From: Isurus oxyrinchus
Lineage: Eukaryota
Assembly: GCA_026770705.1 (NCBI GenBank)
Contig: JANJGN010000017.1
Span: forward strand, 31,434,001-31,498,000
Direction of reading: 5' to 3'
DNA: 64,000 bases
Shown here: one piece after another, positions 1 through 13,757 of the stretch
Layout: every line of letters begins with the position of its first letter
Position numbering within the stretch: position 1 is the stretch's first letter
Translations under genes and position numbers: made by a program
Notes under the pieces: generated by a model
What the model was told of the DNA's origin: nothing
Database searches by the model: none
The model's input: the letters and a program-made list of their open reading frames with translations, nothing else

Positions 1-1163
1 ATTCCATCATCCCATGGATCAGTCTGGTGAACCTTTGTTGCACACCCTCTATGGCAAGTGAATTCTTCCTTAGGTAAGAAGACTAAAGCTGTACGCAACA
101 CTCCAGGTGCAGTCTCACCAAAGGCTCTATACAATTACAGCAAGGCATCTTCATCCTGCACTCAAATCCCCTTGCCTTTCTAATTGCTTGCCGCACCTGC
201 ATGTTAGCTTTCAGTGACTCATGAACAAGGACACTGGGGTCCCTTTGGACATCAACACTTCCCAATCTCTCACCATTTAAAAAATACTCTGCGTTTCTGT
301 TTTTCCTACTAAAGTGGATAACTTCACATTTTTCCACATTACGATCGGTCTGCCGTGTTCTTGCCCACTCACTTAGCCTGAAGAAATCCCCTTGAAGCTT
401 CTTTGCATTCTGCTCACAACTCTCATTCCCACCTAGTTTTGTGTCAACAGCAAACTTGGAAGTATTACATTTGGTCCCACGTCCAAATTAATGATATAGA
501 TTGTGAATAGTTGGGGCCCAAGCACTGATCCCTGTGGTACCAATTCTCAATATTACCCCCAATCCCATGTGCTCTAATTTTGTTTACTAACCTCTTGTGT
601 GGGACCTTATCGAAAGCCTTCTGAAAATCCAAATACATGACATCCACTGGTTGCCCCTCATCTATTCTGCTAGTTACATCCTTAAAAAACTCTAATAGTT
701 TGTCAAACGTGATTTCCCCTTCATAAATCCATGTTGATTCTGCCCAACCCTACCATTATTTACGAAGTGGCTGGCTTTCACATCCTTTATTATAGATTCC
801 ATCTTTTTCCCTACTACTGATATCAGGCTGACAAGTCATTAGTCCCTCATTTTCTTTCTCCTCCTTTCTTAAAGTGTGGGGTTACAGTTGTTACTTTCCA
901 ATCTGCAGGAACCATTCCAGAATCATAGAATTTTGGAAGATGACCACCAGCACATCCACCATCTCTACAGCCTCCTCTTTCAACACTCTGGGATGTAGAT
1001 CATTAGGCCCAGGGGATTTATCAACTTTCAGCCCCATTAATTTCTCCAGTAGTACTTTTTTACTAATGCTAATTTCTTTCAGCTTCACATCCTTGCTAGT
1101 ACCTTTGTTCTCTAGTATTCCTTGCTAGTTTTTTGTATCGTCCTCCATGAAGACAGACATAAA
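1..1163 (-). mobile_element. CR1 LINE ORF2 (RT) fragment, decayed; resumes at ~2711-2765
   Basis: Minus-strand ORFs with CR1 motifs KSPGPNDLHPRVLKE, DVMYLDFQKAFDKVPH, KCEVIHFSRKN, broken by frameshifts. Confidence 0.92.
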
Positions 1164-2710
1164 GGCCCAGGTTTTCACTCCCGGGTCGGGTGCGCAGAGA
1201 CGGGAGAATTCCCAGCTCTGTGAACCGGATTTTGAATAATGGCGGCCCACAGTTCTGATTTCCATTCCGGCAGGGCTGGATTCGAAGTCAGGCCCACCAC
1301 CCCTGGCTGTCGGGTGCAGTGATGGGCTGGGTGGAAGGCCTGCTTCTGGGCTCCAGGACTTAGTTGAATTTAATTAACAAAATGATTAAAACAAAAAACA
1401 GCCCTCCAGCCCTCACTCTTCATCCCCTGAACCCCCACACACTTCCCACGTAACAACTATGCCAACTTATACCACCTCATGCCCCTCACCCACCCCCACC
1501 CCCATGGCACCTCATACCCCCAAAACAAACCATGTCCCTCTACCCACACCCCCATGGCCACTCATACTCCTCATGCCAACACATGGCCCTCTGCCAAACC
1601 CCAGGCCCTCATACCCCCATGCTAATCCATGCCTCTCTTTCCCACTGGTCCTTTATACCCCCTATGCCATACGCTCTACCTACTCCCATGGCCTCTCATA
1701 CCCTCTGTTCCCCCCACATCCCCATAGCCCTATATAGCCCTTATGTCAACTTAGTGCCAACTCACACCAGCCTATGCCCCTACCCACCACTCTTTGCCCT
1801 TACCCTTTCCCTGCCAACTCACCTAGTATCCACCACTGGCAAACCTCAGGAACTATGCTGACATAAAGTAAAGTTATGTGTCTATTGATAACATCACTAT
1901 TTTAAACAATTTCCTTGATAAAAAAAAAACTTTCAATAAAATTCCTTCAACTAATCGCCTATGAAAACAAGTATTTCTCATCTATAACCACTAGGAGCCA
2001 TCAATCACACTGCTCACTTAACAGGCACCCAACTTTGGTAATATTAGTTTGTAAAATAAATCATTGCAGCACAAATCCTATAATGATAGCTTTTAGGTTT
2101 ATGTCAACAACCAGAATGAAATATCAGATATTGATATTTTTGAATCCCAGACTTTTTTAAATTTAAAGTTCAGCAGAATTAAATCATTGACAGCATTGAT
2201 AGTTCCAGTGAGTTTTGACAGTTCCAAAGAGTTTCGACAGTTCTTTGACACCTTGACAGTTCTTTGACGGCTAACTGTTCCAATGAATTTATGCACAAAC
2301 ATGCTTACTTTTAACAATCCCACAGAGTGCCTTACCTCTCACAAAGGGGGCCTTACGTCTCCCAGATGTGTCCTGGGACCATATCCAAAGGGCTACCTTA
2401 CCTCTCCCAAGGATTACCCTGGCTATCCAAACGAATTTGCCAAGTTCAGACCAGCTTTTATCTGGTCTAATCTGCACACACCGGATTTCACTTTCTTGGC
2501 CACAAAATGTCGCTTCAGTGGAAGCAGCTGGTGATTTAAATGTCCAGCTGCCTCCATAAACCATCCATGCATTAACCTTGGCCCAATTCCAGTCTCACCC
2601 CTGCAAAAATAGGAACTGCCATGTTTGGGGGGTGGAACTTAGGATTTTCAGCCATTTCCACTATTTTCATCACAACGGAGAGCCTCTCTGTCATGGCGAA
2701 AGCCTAAGCC
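1164..2710. mobile_element. Non-autonomous TIR element (Harbinger-type MITE) inserted into CR1
   Basis: Degenerate TIRs ggcccaggttttcac / gcgaaagcctaagcc; AAA on both flanks; CR1 reads through (gacagacataaa...atatttctttagtttctctgcc) when excised; internal C-rich low-complexity tract ~1400-1830. Confidence 0.65.
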
Positions 2711-4544
2711 AAAATATTTCTTTAGTTTCTCTGCCTTTTCCTGGTTTCCTCCATTATAAAATCTCTTGAACAGCATAAGGTTAAACCTCCAACAGCCAGT
2801 TGATAAAGGAGGAGACCAGAGGTCAATCTTAGTTTTGATTTATTCACAAAGTAAGACATTACAATTGTATAGATCCTAACCTCCTAACTCTACAACCCAC
2901 TATCAATGTCAATAAGTGCCTCTTTACACTCTTTTGAGCAAACTTAAAACAATTAACCTAATTAACTAATGAACAACCCTTAAAGGGACACAGTAACACC
3001 GAGTCAAACAAGTAAACTAAATTAACAAAATGAAGGATAAAGTAAACACAGCCCCTAAGTTAGGTTAACTGTAAAAGCAAAGACAAAGTTTAAAGGAAAC
3101 TTATAAACATTAAATCAAAGTGTCTCTTTATATGTGCACAAGTAATTATCCAATGATTGCCTCCCATCTGTAAATACTTAACCTTAATTTATACAAGTAA
3201 CAGCAGGAGAGGGTAGATGCTTTGTGGTGGAAAACTGATGGTATCACATCACATGAAATGAACCTGAACTTTGCGATCTAAACCAGTCTGCAGTTTCAGC
3301 TTCTAGTTAAGACATTGGCCCCACATATGGCAGGTGTGGGTGCATTGCTTGGCAGTGCTGTGCCCCCAGAATTGAGGGAGGGTTGAATTTTGAACTTTGC
3401 TGATAACCTGAGAAACTTTCTGTAGAGATAATGATCACTGGGTGTGAGTTTGATAAGTACAACCCTGTTCTTTTTCTTGAATAGCAAGGAATGTGTAGAA
3501 ACAGCAGGATTCCTTTATGAGAAAGTGGCAGGCATGCTACAAATGCCCTTTTTGGGTGCCCGGGGCATGTATTACTAGAGTTAAGACCATCAGCGTTACT
3601 GTTTGTATTTTACCTACCATTTTTTCATTGATAATAGTTTCTGTAAGTCAGCCATAGCTTCCTGAGAACTGAAACTGTATCTCTATTCTCTGCTGCATGT
3701 GTTAGTAGATCCAACAATTAACCTTGATCACAAGAAATTGTTTTCTGCAGAATACATGGGATACACACCACATCTCCTGTCAGTTCAGATGATGGAAGTT
3801 TAGAATCAAAAGAAATGGGAACAATAGTAGATAGCAAATCTATCACATTTACAAGATATGAATACGGGGATTGACAGTCCAAAGCTCACCCAACTTCTCT
3901 CAACAAACATTTGGGAAGATGACTTCTGGTGATCCATACTAAATTCTCCTTGCATAGGTTTAAGCTTCTATGTCCTTTAGCAAAATGAAAGGAACACAGA
4001 CAAATGTACAAAGGTCCCTGGGCTAGTCGAATAGTTTTCCTTTAAAGTTTAAGCCCATCCCTTGAATTGTCCATCTGCTTGATTTACATTAGAATATGTG
4101 CCCAAGCATAGAGTTTAGATTTGAACAAGAAGATTGGCAGCCTTCCTAGGATTTTCTGTCTGTTAACCTTAATATCCAGAAAATCCAATACAGCCCCCAG
4201 CTTTCATGATACTGACCTTTGGAATGCTATACTCCAAGCTAGGAATGCAACTTTGTAAAATATATGCATAAGCACCAAAGCAACACCATTCCTGTCTGAT
4301 AATAACTTTAATGCTCAACTGCGCAACTATAATTTACAGTGGATCTCTATTTGCATAGCAATTATGGAACAAAGGGCCCACATGCATCCAGCAGTAATGT
4401 CAGAGTTGCCAGAACACCCACTATGGCAGCATTCACACCCCACTTGCAAACAGCACTCTTGTTTGACAGGCTAATCGTAGAATTTGCATTTAAAATAGAT
4501 TTTCTCCTTCAAAAATATCTTTAAATTGACTATTCATCAAAGCT

Positions 4545-5795
4545 TTCTAAGATCTGAGTGCATAGAAACTGTTACAAGGGAGCAGCTAGTTCACCCATAG
4601 AAATGCTTTGAGTCATACCTAGCACAAAGGAAGATGGCTCAGGTTGTGGGAGATCAATCATCTTAGTTCCAGGACATCATGGCAGCAGTTTCTCAGGGTA
4701 GTGTCTTAGGCCCAACCATCTTCAGCTGCTTCATGGCCTAAATAGCCAAGTGGTTATGGTACTGGGTTTGTAACCCCAAGATCAAGAGTTCAAATCTCAC
4801 AATGGCAAACTATGAAACAATGTAACTTCATCTGAAACAGATGGAAATGGGTTTGTACTCGAAAAAGTATCAATGACCTTCCTTCCATCATAAAGTCAGA
4901 AGTGGGGATGTTTGCTGATGATTGCACAATGTTCAGCACCATTCGCGGCTCCTCAGATACTGAAGCAGTTCATGTTCAAATGCAGTAAGACCTGCAGCAA
5001 GGTCTTGTGCTGTCAAGTGGGAATTAACATTCATGCCACACAAGTGCCAGGCAATGACCATCTCCAATAAGAGAGAATCTAACCATCACCCCTTGACAGT
5101 CAATGGCATTACCATCACTGAAGTCCCCCATTATCAATATCCTGGGGGTTACCATTGACCAGAAACTGAACTGGACCAGCCATATAAATACCGTGGCTAC
5201 AAGGGCAAGTCAGGAGCTAGGAATCCTGTGGTGAGTGACTCACCTCCTGACTCCCCAAAGCCTGTCCCACCATCTAAAAGGCACAAATCAGGAGTGTGAT
5301 GGAATACTCTCCACTTGCCTGGGTGAGTGCAGCTCCAGCAACACTCAAGAAGCTTGACACCATCCAGGACAAAGCAGCTGACTTGATTGGCACCCCTTCC
5401 ACAAACATTCCTTCCACTACCAACGAACAGTGGCAGCAATGTGCACCTTCTACAAGATACACTGCAGAAACTCACCAAGGCTCCTCTGGCCGCACCTTCC
5501 AAACCCACAACCGCTACCATCTAGAAGGACAAGGGTAGTAGATACATGGGAACACCCCCATCTGGAATTTCCCCTCGAAGTCACTCACCATCCTGACTTG
5601 GAAATATATCGCTGTTCCTTCAATGTCATTGGGTCAAAATCCTGGAACTCCTTCCCTGACAACACTGTTCCTGCACCACATGGACTGCAGCAATTCAAGA
5701 AGGCAGCTTACAACCACCTTCTCAAGGGCAATTAGGAATGGGCAATAAATGCTGGCCCAGCAAGCGACACCCACCTCCCGTAAAATGAATTTAAG
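4545..5795 (+). mobile_element. 5'-truncated LINE of a second CR1/L2-group family ('family B')
   Basis: RT motifs QGSVLGP and MFADDC, C-terminal MEYSPLAWVSAAP..KKLDTIQDKAA; 3' tail gggcaataaatgctggcccagc; homologous to 18055-18731 and 46432-48361. Confidence 0.88.
4735..4870 (+). mobile_element. Short tRNA-derived insert (SINE head or tRNA pseudogene) within family-B LINE
   Basis: Interrupts gcttcat|caatgacc, which is contiguous in the paralogue near 47441-47460; D-arm-like gccaagtggttatggt, loop tttgtaa, T-arm gagttcaaatctc. Confidence 0.72.
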
Positions 5796-5959
5796 AAAAT
5801 TCAATTTGGGTTACCACAACTTTAAAGTGACACATTTGCAAGAGATGTATGCTTCACAGGATAAAAGTTTTATTTTGTTTGTTTTATATTTTGGTATTAC
5901 TGTTTATCATGAGTAGGCAAAGCATAAGCACATTAAGATTGTATTATGAACATTCACCT

Positions 5960-6640
5960 TAGAGTGAATATCCACAGATCCCTGAAGGTAGCAGGACAGG
6001 ATTAAGTGGTTAAGAAGGCATCTCCTTTCCTCTATTAATCAAGACATAGATAGAAAAGCAGGGAGGTTATGCTGGAACTATATAAAACATTAGTTAGGTC
6101 ACATTGTATGCAGTTCTGGTTCCCACATTACAGAAAGTATGTAACTGCATTGGAGAGAGTACAAAGGAGATCCATGAGGATGTTGCTAGGACTGAAAAAA
6201 TGCATGTATGAGGAAAGATCGGATAGGCTGGGCTTGTTCTCTTTGGAACAGAGGAGGCTGAGGGGAAATTTGATTGAGGTGTACAAAATTGCGAGGGGCC
6301 TGGATACAGTGGACAGGAAGGACAGATTTACTTTGGCAGAGTAGGGGGCGTAGATTTAATGGGATTAGTAGGAAAATTAGAGGGGAGATGAGGGAAAACA
6401 TTTTCATCCAGAGGGCTGTAGGAGTCTGTAACTCAGTGCCTGAAAGGGTGGTAGAGGCAGAAAAGCTAATCTCATTTAAAAGGTGCCTGGATATGCACCT
6501 GAAGTGCTGTAACCTGAAGGGCTACGGACCAAATGGTGAAATGTTGGATTAGGCTGGGTGGGCTTGATTTTTCAGCCAGCGCAGACACGATCGGCCAAGT
6601 GGCCTCCTTTTGTGCAGGAAACTTTCTACGATTCTACGAT
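5960..6640 (+). mobile_element. CR1 LINE 3' fragment
   Basis: LYKTLVR..QFWFPHYRK..LERVQRR..LGLFSLEQRRLRG motifs; ends in the tandem tail ttctacgattctacgat. Confidence 0.92.
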
Positions 6641-7563
6641 GAGTGATTGTGTACACAGTGTGTCGAAAAGAACTGCGGACATTTAGCCTATAGTTAATGT
6701 GGCATATTTGAATTTTTCTCAACTCAAACCTTCAAACTAAAGACGTGACAAGGATGTTGGGATGTCAAATGTATTCATAAATTGTGATGCATACAAATTC
6801 CTATTTTTCCAACTGTGCTTACCGCTGCAAGTTCTGGAATGCTTGCATACTTTGTAACTTCCTTATTACTGACAGGTTTATGATTAAACTTCATTTGGAA
6901 AGAGTTATCCTCATGGGGCTGGATTTTCAATCTGGGGTCAGGAACCAGAGGCCTGGATAATTTCCAAGTCTCGACCCCACGGGGGAGTGAAGGGATATAG
7001 AGGAGGATGTTACAATCTGGTCTGGTGTCTGCAGCATCTGCCTGCTGAGCATGATCCTCAAAGGCAGACAGCAGCCATGATGGGGCCTGCCACTGCCTGA
7101 AGAATAGAGAAGGCAGGACATCAGAGGGCGAGAAGCCTCACGACACTGAGAATGGCCAAATGTTCGACTGAAATGTACAGTGCCTGATCCATGGAAGAGT
7201 TAGCAGATCTGAGTGCAAACCTGTGAATTAGTTTCGCCCAATAAATGGGAAGAATGGCTTTTTTCAGCACTATAAACCTCCTTGTTTCTGGGAGTGACAA
7301 TCGCTTGTTAGGCAAGCCAAGCTGCAGCAGAGGTTCACTATGCACTCCATGACGGTCTGCCATCATGGCAGATAGTCCCAAATATCAAGGCAAGAAAAGG
7401 GTACAGTGAAGATTGTGCAGGGAAACCTGATCAAAGCGAGGAACAATTTAGATTTCAAATGCCATTCACACAAGCTCTAATTTCAGCCAGTAGAAGAGGC
7501 CTATTACACATTAAATGCCCTAAACCAAGTTTTTCAAAGGGTGGCAACCCTAATTGATTGTCA

Positions 7564-7567
<4 letters not shown>

Positions 7568-7599
<32 letters not shown>
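7568..7599. repeat. (TA)n microsatellite
   Basis: Direct reading. Confidence 0.97.
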
Positions 7600-7600
<1 letters not shown>

Positions 7601-9463
7601 CACAGTGGTGGAAAAAGAGGTGGTGAATGAGGGTAGGCAGCGACAGATGGAACATGAGCTGACAGAAGGTTGCAGCGTGAAATGGGATATAAGCCAGGGG
7701 TCAATGGGGGGATGAAGGGATGTAGAGGAGGATGTTACAGTCTGGTCTGGCTAAATAAGCTAGTTTAAGTTTTTCATAAGAAAGCAAGTTTGTCCTCCTT
7801 TGTACTAGCGTGGTAAGTGATTTTATTTTAGCAAAATCTCCTAGTGAAAATGCCAGTCCAATTATGTTTCTGATACATTAAGCAAATGACTGACTGGAAG
7901 GTGTATGTTTACTTTAGCACTTATCTTCCTGGCTAATTGTTTACCCAGATTTCAAAGTGATGCACACTCGTTTAGGCTAAAAAAAACTTGCAGAATCTGG
8001 ATTTCCAGCATCCGCAGTTCTTTGCTTTTATCTTTGTAGAATCTGGAGCTGATCCATGTCAGAAGATATGGGAAGGAAATGTGCCTTGTCAGTACACAGA
8101 AGCAAAAGGCACAGTTTAAAATGAGATTGGTGTAGCATTGTCATTTGATTAAATAAATCTATTTGCACATGGTGAACAGTGAAACCATAATGTTTGGTCC
8201 GACTGAGCATAACTTTTGCCCAGTGTTCTCAGTCATTGGTTATAACATCCCAGTGCAAAGAAATATATTGTATTTAAGAGACTTTCACATCTCCAGGATG
8301 CTACAAATTGCTTTACTGTTTAATTACGGTTTTTCAGGCATTCAAACTAGGTCAGAGGTTGGGGGCTTGTGGTGGGGTTCAACTCTCAGAAATCAAAAAG
8401 AGCACCCACCTCTGCTGTCAGCGTGGTTGTGCCGTGCTTTGGTCCAGTGCAGCCCAAATATTTCCAATCTTACAAAAATTGGGGTTGCGAGATATTATTT
8501 TTTATATTTATAATATGCTTCATTTATTTATGCAATATTTTATAATCCATATTATACTGTAATTCAATACAGTTGTGTTGACTATATCTAGAATTGTAAA
8601 ATAAGCTCTTAAAGTTTAAGATTCAGAGCTATTCAAGTGAATCAAAGTGAGGCAAACACTTTACGGTTGGGATGACTGTTTACTTTCTGGTCTCTATGAC
8701 AATTGGCAAAAACTGCTTCAAACTTGCTTGAAGTGGCAACAATTGGAAGGCACACTAATCAAATTTACCAAGCTAGCAAATGAACTGGAAGTTCAATTTA
8801 CCAAGGTACTACGTTCAAAACTTTGCAAGATCAAAAGATTCTCAAAGCAGACTTGAAGCAAGATTACTTTCCCAAAGTGCTTCAAATGATTTTTTTGGCA
8901 ACATTGATTTTGCCTATAGGGCAACTGAACAGGTTGGGTTATTGGACTTGGTAATTGCCATTAACCACATTCAAAACACAGCACATTTAGTTTATTAGAC
9001 TGTCACATGGTGTAAAAGACAATCACTTTAATAGATCAACATACTGGTGGGAGGAGATTGATCAATTACAACTTTATGCAGATACAGTAGGGAACATGGT
9101 ATGTGGATGCCCTAAACAATGAGCGATTATATAATGATCTGAATTGCTAGTTAATATAGACAGCACACAAAAAATTGGATTTCTCTCAGGATTTAACAGT
9201 GCAACATGAGAAAGTATAGTGTGGGATAAATCATTGTTGCTGCTTTCAAAAATGTATTACCTACATTTTCCTGAACTCTATGCAAGTACATAGTCAGATG
9301 GAAAAATGAATAACTACAAGTAAAACCTGTTACAATGATGCTCTGTGAAAATTCCTGGTCCAGTAATTTAATTGAACAGAAACCCTACTGTTTAAACTAT
9401 TCAACCTTGAACAGTTTAATTCCATAAAAGACTTTCCCATGGTCATAGGAGCTCAGAAACAAT

Positions 9464-12226
9464 GATCTGGATTTTAGCCTGAGATCTGTGAGGGATGGGG
9501 GCTGTTGTAAGGTTAGGAAACCCAGATGAATGGGTTTCCTGCAGAATTTAACTGCGGGGCCCCTTTAAGTGGTGTTCCCAACCACAGGCAGCAGGATCGG
9601 ACTCTTGGGTGGGAAACCTGCTTCACAGGGCTGAAACCTATAAGAGCAGCTTGGTGTATCAGGGGAGTGAGAGCGACTGGGTCGGGGAGGGGAGTGTTTG
9701 GTTGAGAGAGAGCCCCTAGTCGATGTGTGTTTAAACCATGGGCAGTGGGAGGGTCACATTGAGGCCCCAGTTGCTGATGGGTCCGATAGTGCTTGTTGGT
9801 GGAGGACAATAAGTAGGGGCGGGTGTGAGAGGGCCGTGGGGCATGGGGGTGCTTACTGGGTAGATTGTTGGACCTGGAGAAAGCACAACAGTTCCTTCTG
9901 CCCCACAAGCAGTGCTGTAAAGGTACTTAGCTAATGCATTCAGCTCCCCTTAGCCATCCTTCCAGGGGTCTACAGGTGATATCAGTGACATCTCCCAAGC
10001 AGCTACTCACCTCTGTAACAAGCAAGTGACAAATGCACTGCAGAAGAGGGCTGAAAAATTCATAAGCTTCTGGACAGACGAGGGCAGCCAGGTGGAGTAG
10101 GCAATGGGATTTGCAGCCATTGCTGGTTTTCTGCATGTTCAAGGTGTAAGACCCTGCACCCGTGGTGCCATCAAGGCATCATTGGAGTTTATTAACAGGA
10201 TGGGATTTTATTTGCTCAATGTGTAGATAATCTGTGACCACAAGAGGTAAATCATGTTGGTGTGTGCTTGCTACCCCGGCAGCAGCCATAATGCCCATGT
10301 GCTTCGACACTCACAGGTACCGCACTTTTTGTGCCAAGGTCACAGATCAGTTGATGGATCCTCGGTGACAGGGGCTATCCTCTTCACATGCTTGTCAGAA
10401 ACCCTTAGAGTGAGGCAGAAGAGAGGTTCAATGCCAGTCATGGCACAACGGGAACATCATAGAGCAAACCATCAGTCTTCTGAAGATGCACTTCCACTAC
10501 CTCGATCAGTCTGGGGATGCTCTCCAGAATGACCCAGTGAAGCTGCACAGATAGTGGTGTGCTTTGCACTGCACAACAAAACCATGCAGTGGAATGACAA
10601 CTGTGCCCAGAGGAAGAAGAGCAGGCAGAAGCCTCATCTGATGAGGAGGACGGGGAAGTGGAAAATGGCATGGAAGGGGATCTACATGAGCGGGCTGCTG
10701 TTGATGCGCATCGCTCATCACACAGAAGCCCAGGTTTCAATCTGTGAGCAAGCCGCTAGTGCCCCTTAAGCACTTGATATTAAACATCATACATCCCTGA
10801 AGGGGAAATATCAAGAGGCCCTTATATGAATAAACACAAGCTGAATGAAGCACAACATTTTAATGTGGCACTAGCACTTCTTCCTTAACACAATAATATA
10901 AACACCAGTGCTATCTTACTTTGTGAAAGTGAGCTTTTTGAAATGCATCCATGTACTGTGAGGAGGTGCATTCCCAACATCCATAGATGTGGAAGCAGGC
11001 TGCTGGTCTTGGTGCACCATAGTCCTTGCTGATCATAGCGGGCATATTCTAGCAGCACTAGGTGTGGATGGCCAGGGAATATAAGGCTCCCTTTTACCAG
11101 TGCAGGAGTGTCCCCTGTGGCCATTGCTGCTGAAGGAGCTTGCATCACTGGCAGAGGGGCTGTGGAACTCCTGACAGCACTCAGAGTGCCTTGAGAAGAA
11201 CCCTCAAGCATGTCAGGTTGCATCTTCCCCAGTCATCGGTGCAAAATGGCTCTCCCTGCTTCCCATTGATTCCCAGTGGTGGGCTGCATGGTTGTGCTGA
11301 CAACAGGCATCCGTGTGTCACCTCCTGGGCATGTCTCTCCATGACAATCTCCACCCTCTCCAGGGAAGAAGTGATGTGCTCTCCTGCCTGAGATATTGCA
11401 GAGGTCATCCCGTGAAAGGACCCCTCTATCACCGGTGGAAGTCTGCTCAAAGCCACAGGCAACTCTGTCAGCTACTCCCCTGTTCACCTCTGCAACTCAA
11501 CAAGTTGAGTATGACCCTCATCAGAGGCCCATCTTCAGCCAGGGGAGCAGCAGGGGCTGCCCTCCAACACTCCTCCATCTGCCAGTAGCCTCGCCTGTCA
11601 CTGCATCTCCCTGACTATGCGGTTCTCACCAGATTGTGACCCCGAGCTGGTATGCGATCGACTCCCTGCGAAGGTGACAGTATCTGCACCGCTGCTGGGT
11701 GCAGGGGACACTGCATCTCAGAGGCATCCAGACCGTCGTCCTCTAAGGAGGTGTGAGGTGGAACACATGGGGTTGGTCCCGAATCTCTGCAGCAGTCGAG
11801 CCTGCAACTGAATCATAAGAACAATTACTGGAGTGATGATATAAAAGTCCAGTACCATTCATGGGTGCAGCGGGCTGCCATGGTCGCCAGGAATGATGGG
11901 TAAATGCAATCCCTCCTCACCCTCTACCCCCAGCAGTCCAAATTCAGTGTTAGATATGGACTGATTGCCCTGCTCCCCTGCCAGCTCCAGGATTTCCATT
12001 TCTGCCTCTGTCAATGGACAAATCTCCACCCCCAGTTTTGGGTCCCTTCCTGGCATTGTGGGCTCTTTTTTTCCTGCAAGCAGAAGGAAAAAGTGAATGT
12101 TCCAGTGACGCTGAGGAGAATCCTTTACTGCCCTGGTCCCATGGGGTATCAAGTTGCCCAGCTTTCCTTAAACTCCTCACGCTTTCAGGACATCTGGGTA
12201 AGGTGCTGATTCTGGTGATAGACACA

Positions 12227-12305
<79 letters not shown>

Positions 12306-13065
12306 TGTGCGGCTAGGGAAACTGGTGAGGAGGAACACTTTACATTTCAACACCTGTCTTAGCCCTAAACCATTCAGTGCCCCTACTTTTTTCGCCCAAC
12401 TTTCATCCACTTATTGAAATTATATGAAATTCAAACACACCTTGCAGAGCGGAGGAGGTCATTCATCCTCATTTGGCACTGGACCCTGTCCTCCAGATGA
12501 AGCCCATGGCTGCTCACTCCATGACAACCTCCACCCAAGCCGCCATGGTCATTCATGATGGTTTTTTGCAGCCATCAGCTGGAATTACAAACACTCTGCG
12601 CTCCCAGAGGGCCTGGAGGTGGTTGTGCAGTGAGCTCTCGGTGATGTGCATGTGGATTGTGACTTCTCTGAGCACAGCTAAATCTGTTGATGACACTAAC
12701 TAAACTTGTATGACGATGGAGCTTTCTTCTACCTCAAAATTTTCTGTTGCAATATTCGCACATCTGACAATGTTAAACCAGTTCAACTGCAGTCCTCCCT
12801 CAGAAAGACTGCATTCAGAATTTCAGCTTTTTAACAGGGCTATCCGCCATTTTAAAATGGCACCTTCTCCTGTGTGGGGATCAGGTGACATGGGTCTCCC
12901 TATAGAGCTGCCCCCACCATGTGATCGGGCAACAAGCTTATGTCTCACATATTCATGAGCTTGACGCCTTGCGATTGGGTTCAGGCAGCCTCATCCTTTC
13001 TGTACCAGATTCCCGACTTCTTCCGGACCCACCAGTGGACTCAGTAGTAGGACAAAATCCAACCC
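9464..13065 (+). mobile_element. Decayed PIF/Harbinger transposon, copy 1 (transposase on +, Myb/SANT gene on -)
   Basis: Degenerate TIRs gatctggatttt / aaaatccaaccc; transposase remnants [30 protein letters not shown] (~10100-10700); minus-strand DRVQCQMRMNDLLRSAR near 12440-12490. Confidence 0.82.
12222..12302. repeat. (CA)n microsatellite
   Basis: Direct reading; lies in the predicted Myb intron of Harbinger copy 1. Confidence 0.97.
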
Positions 13066-13757
13066 CTTGTGTGTGATGTATTCAATTTTTGGAGTTGAAA
13101 AGAAACATAAAATATTTATTGAAGTACACTAAGTAGAACACATGTTGTTTAAAAGGCTAAAGCTATTCTTTCATCCTAATGTAACCAACATTGTATTAAG
13201 TTTTGTTGCCTTAAAATCATCATTTAAATTGTACTTATTTGCTATTGTACTACAACAGTATTACTACATCTCTAAAATCCCTTGGGTTACTCCATCTCAT
13301 GGAAACAACTTCATGGTTGTCTCGTATTTCCTGTGGCTACCATCTAATTACTTTATTGAATACATGATGCCAGCAAACACAATGCAGATGTTCAGGAAAT
13401 GTAAAATGAGGTGGTGGAAGAAAGTAATACCATCAATCTGTTATAGTAAAAACCCACTCTACTTGAAGCTGAGTGCCTCACTGGCACCAGCTCAATTTGA
13501 ATATGTAAAGATATATTCATCCTACAGCTAATAAGTGGACAAAGAAGATGTGGCGCATATATATAATATACATATGTTTTAAAGTTATGAACTCTTCCAG
13601 TACCACTGACCTCACTTCCTCACTCTCACTGCTAAATTTAAGTGTCCAGTAGCACAAGACAGATCTGTATTTAGAGAAATCTGATATTCAGGAATGATAA
13701 TAAACTCTGTTGTAAATGTGACTTTATTAACACACAAATGTTTTCTCTTTTTTGCAG

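Noticed and set aside
1459-1861. Pro/His-rich ORFs
   Set aside because: Product of a C-rich low-complexity tract within a TIR element
2802-3246. Possible minus-strand solo LTR (tgata...tatca, tttatt)
   Set aside because: No TSD or second copy to support it
4736-4807. Functional tRNA-Thr gene
   Set aside because: Acceptor and anticodon stems pair poorly and it sits inside a LINE
11950-12410. ORFs with CV/HT repeats
   Set aside because: Translations of the (CA)n microsatellite
13142-13531. 129-aa ORF upstream of the STK32 exon
   Set aside because: AT-rich, no homology to the STK32 N-terminus; likely chance
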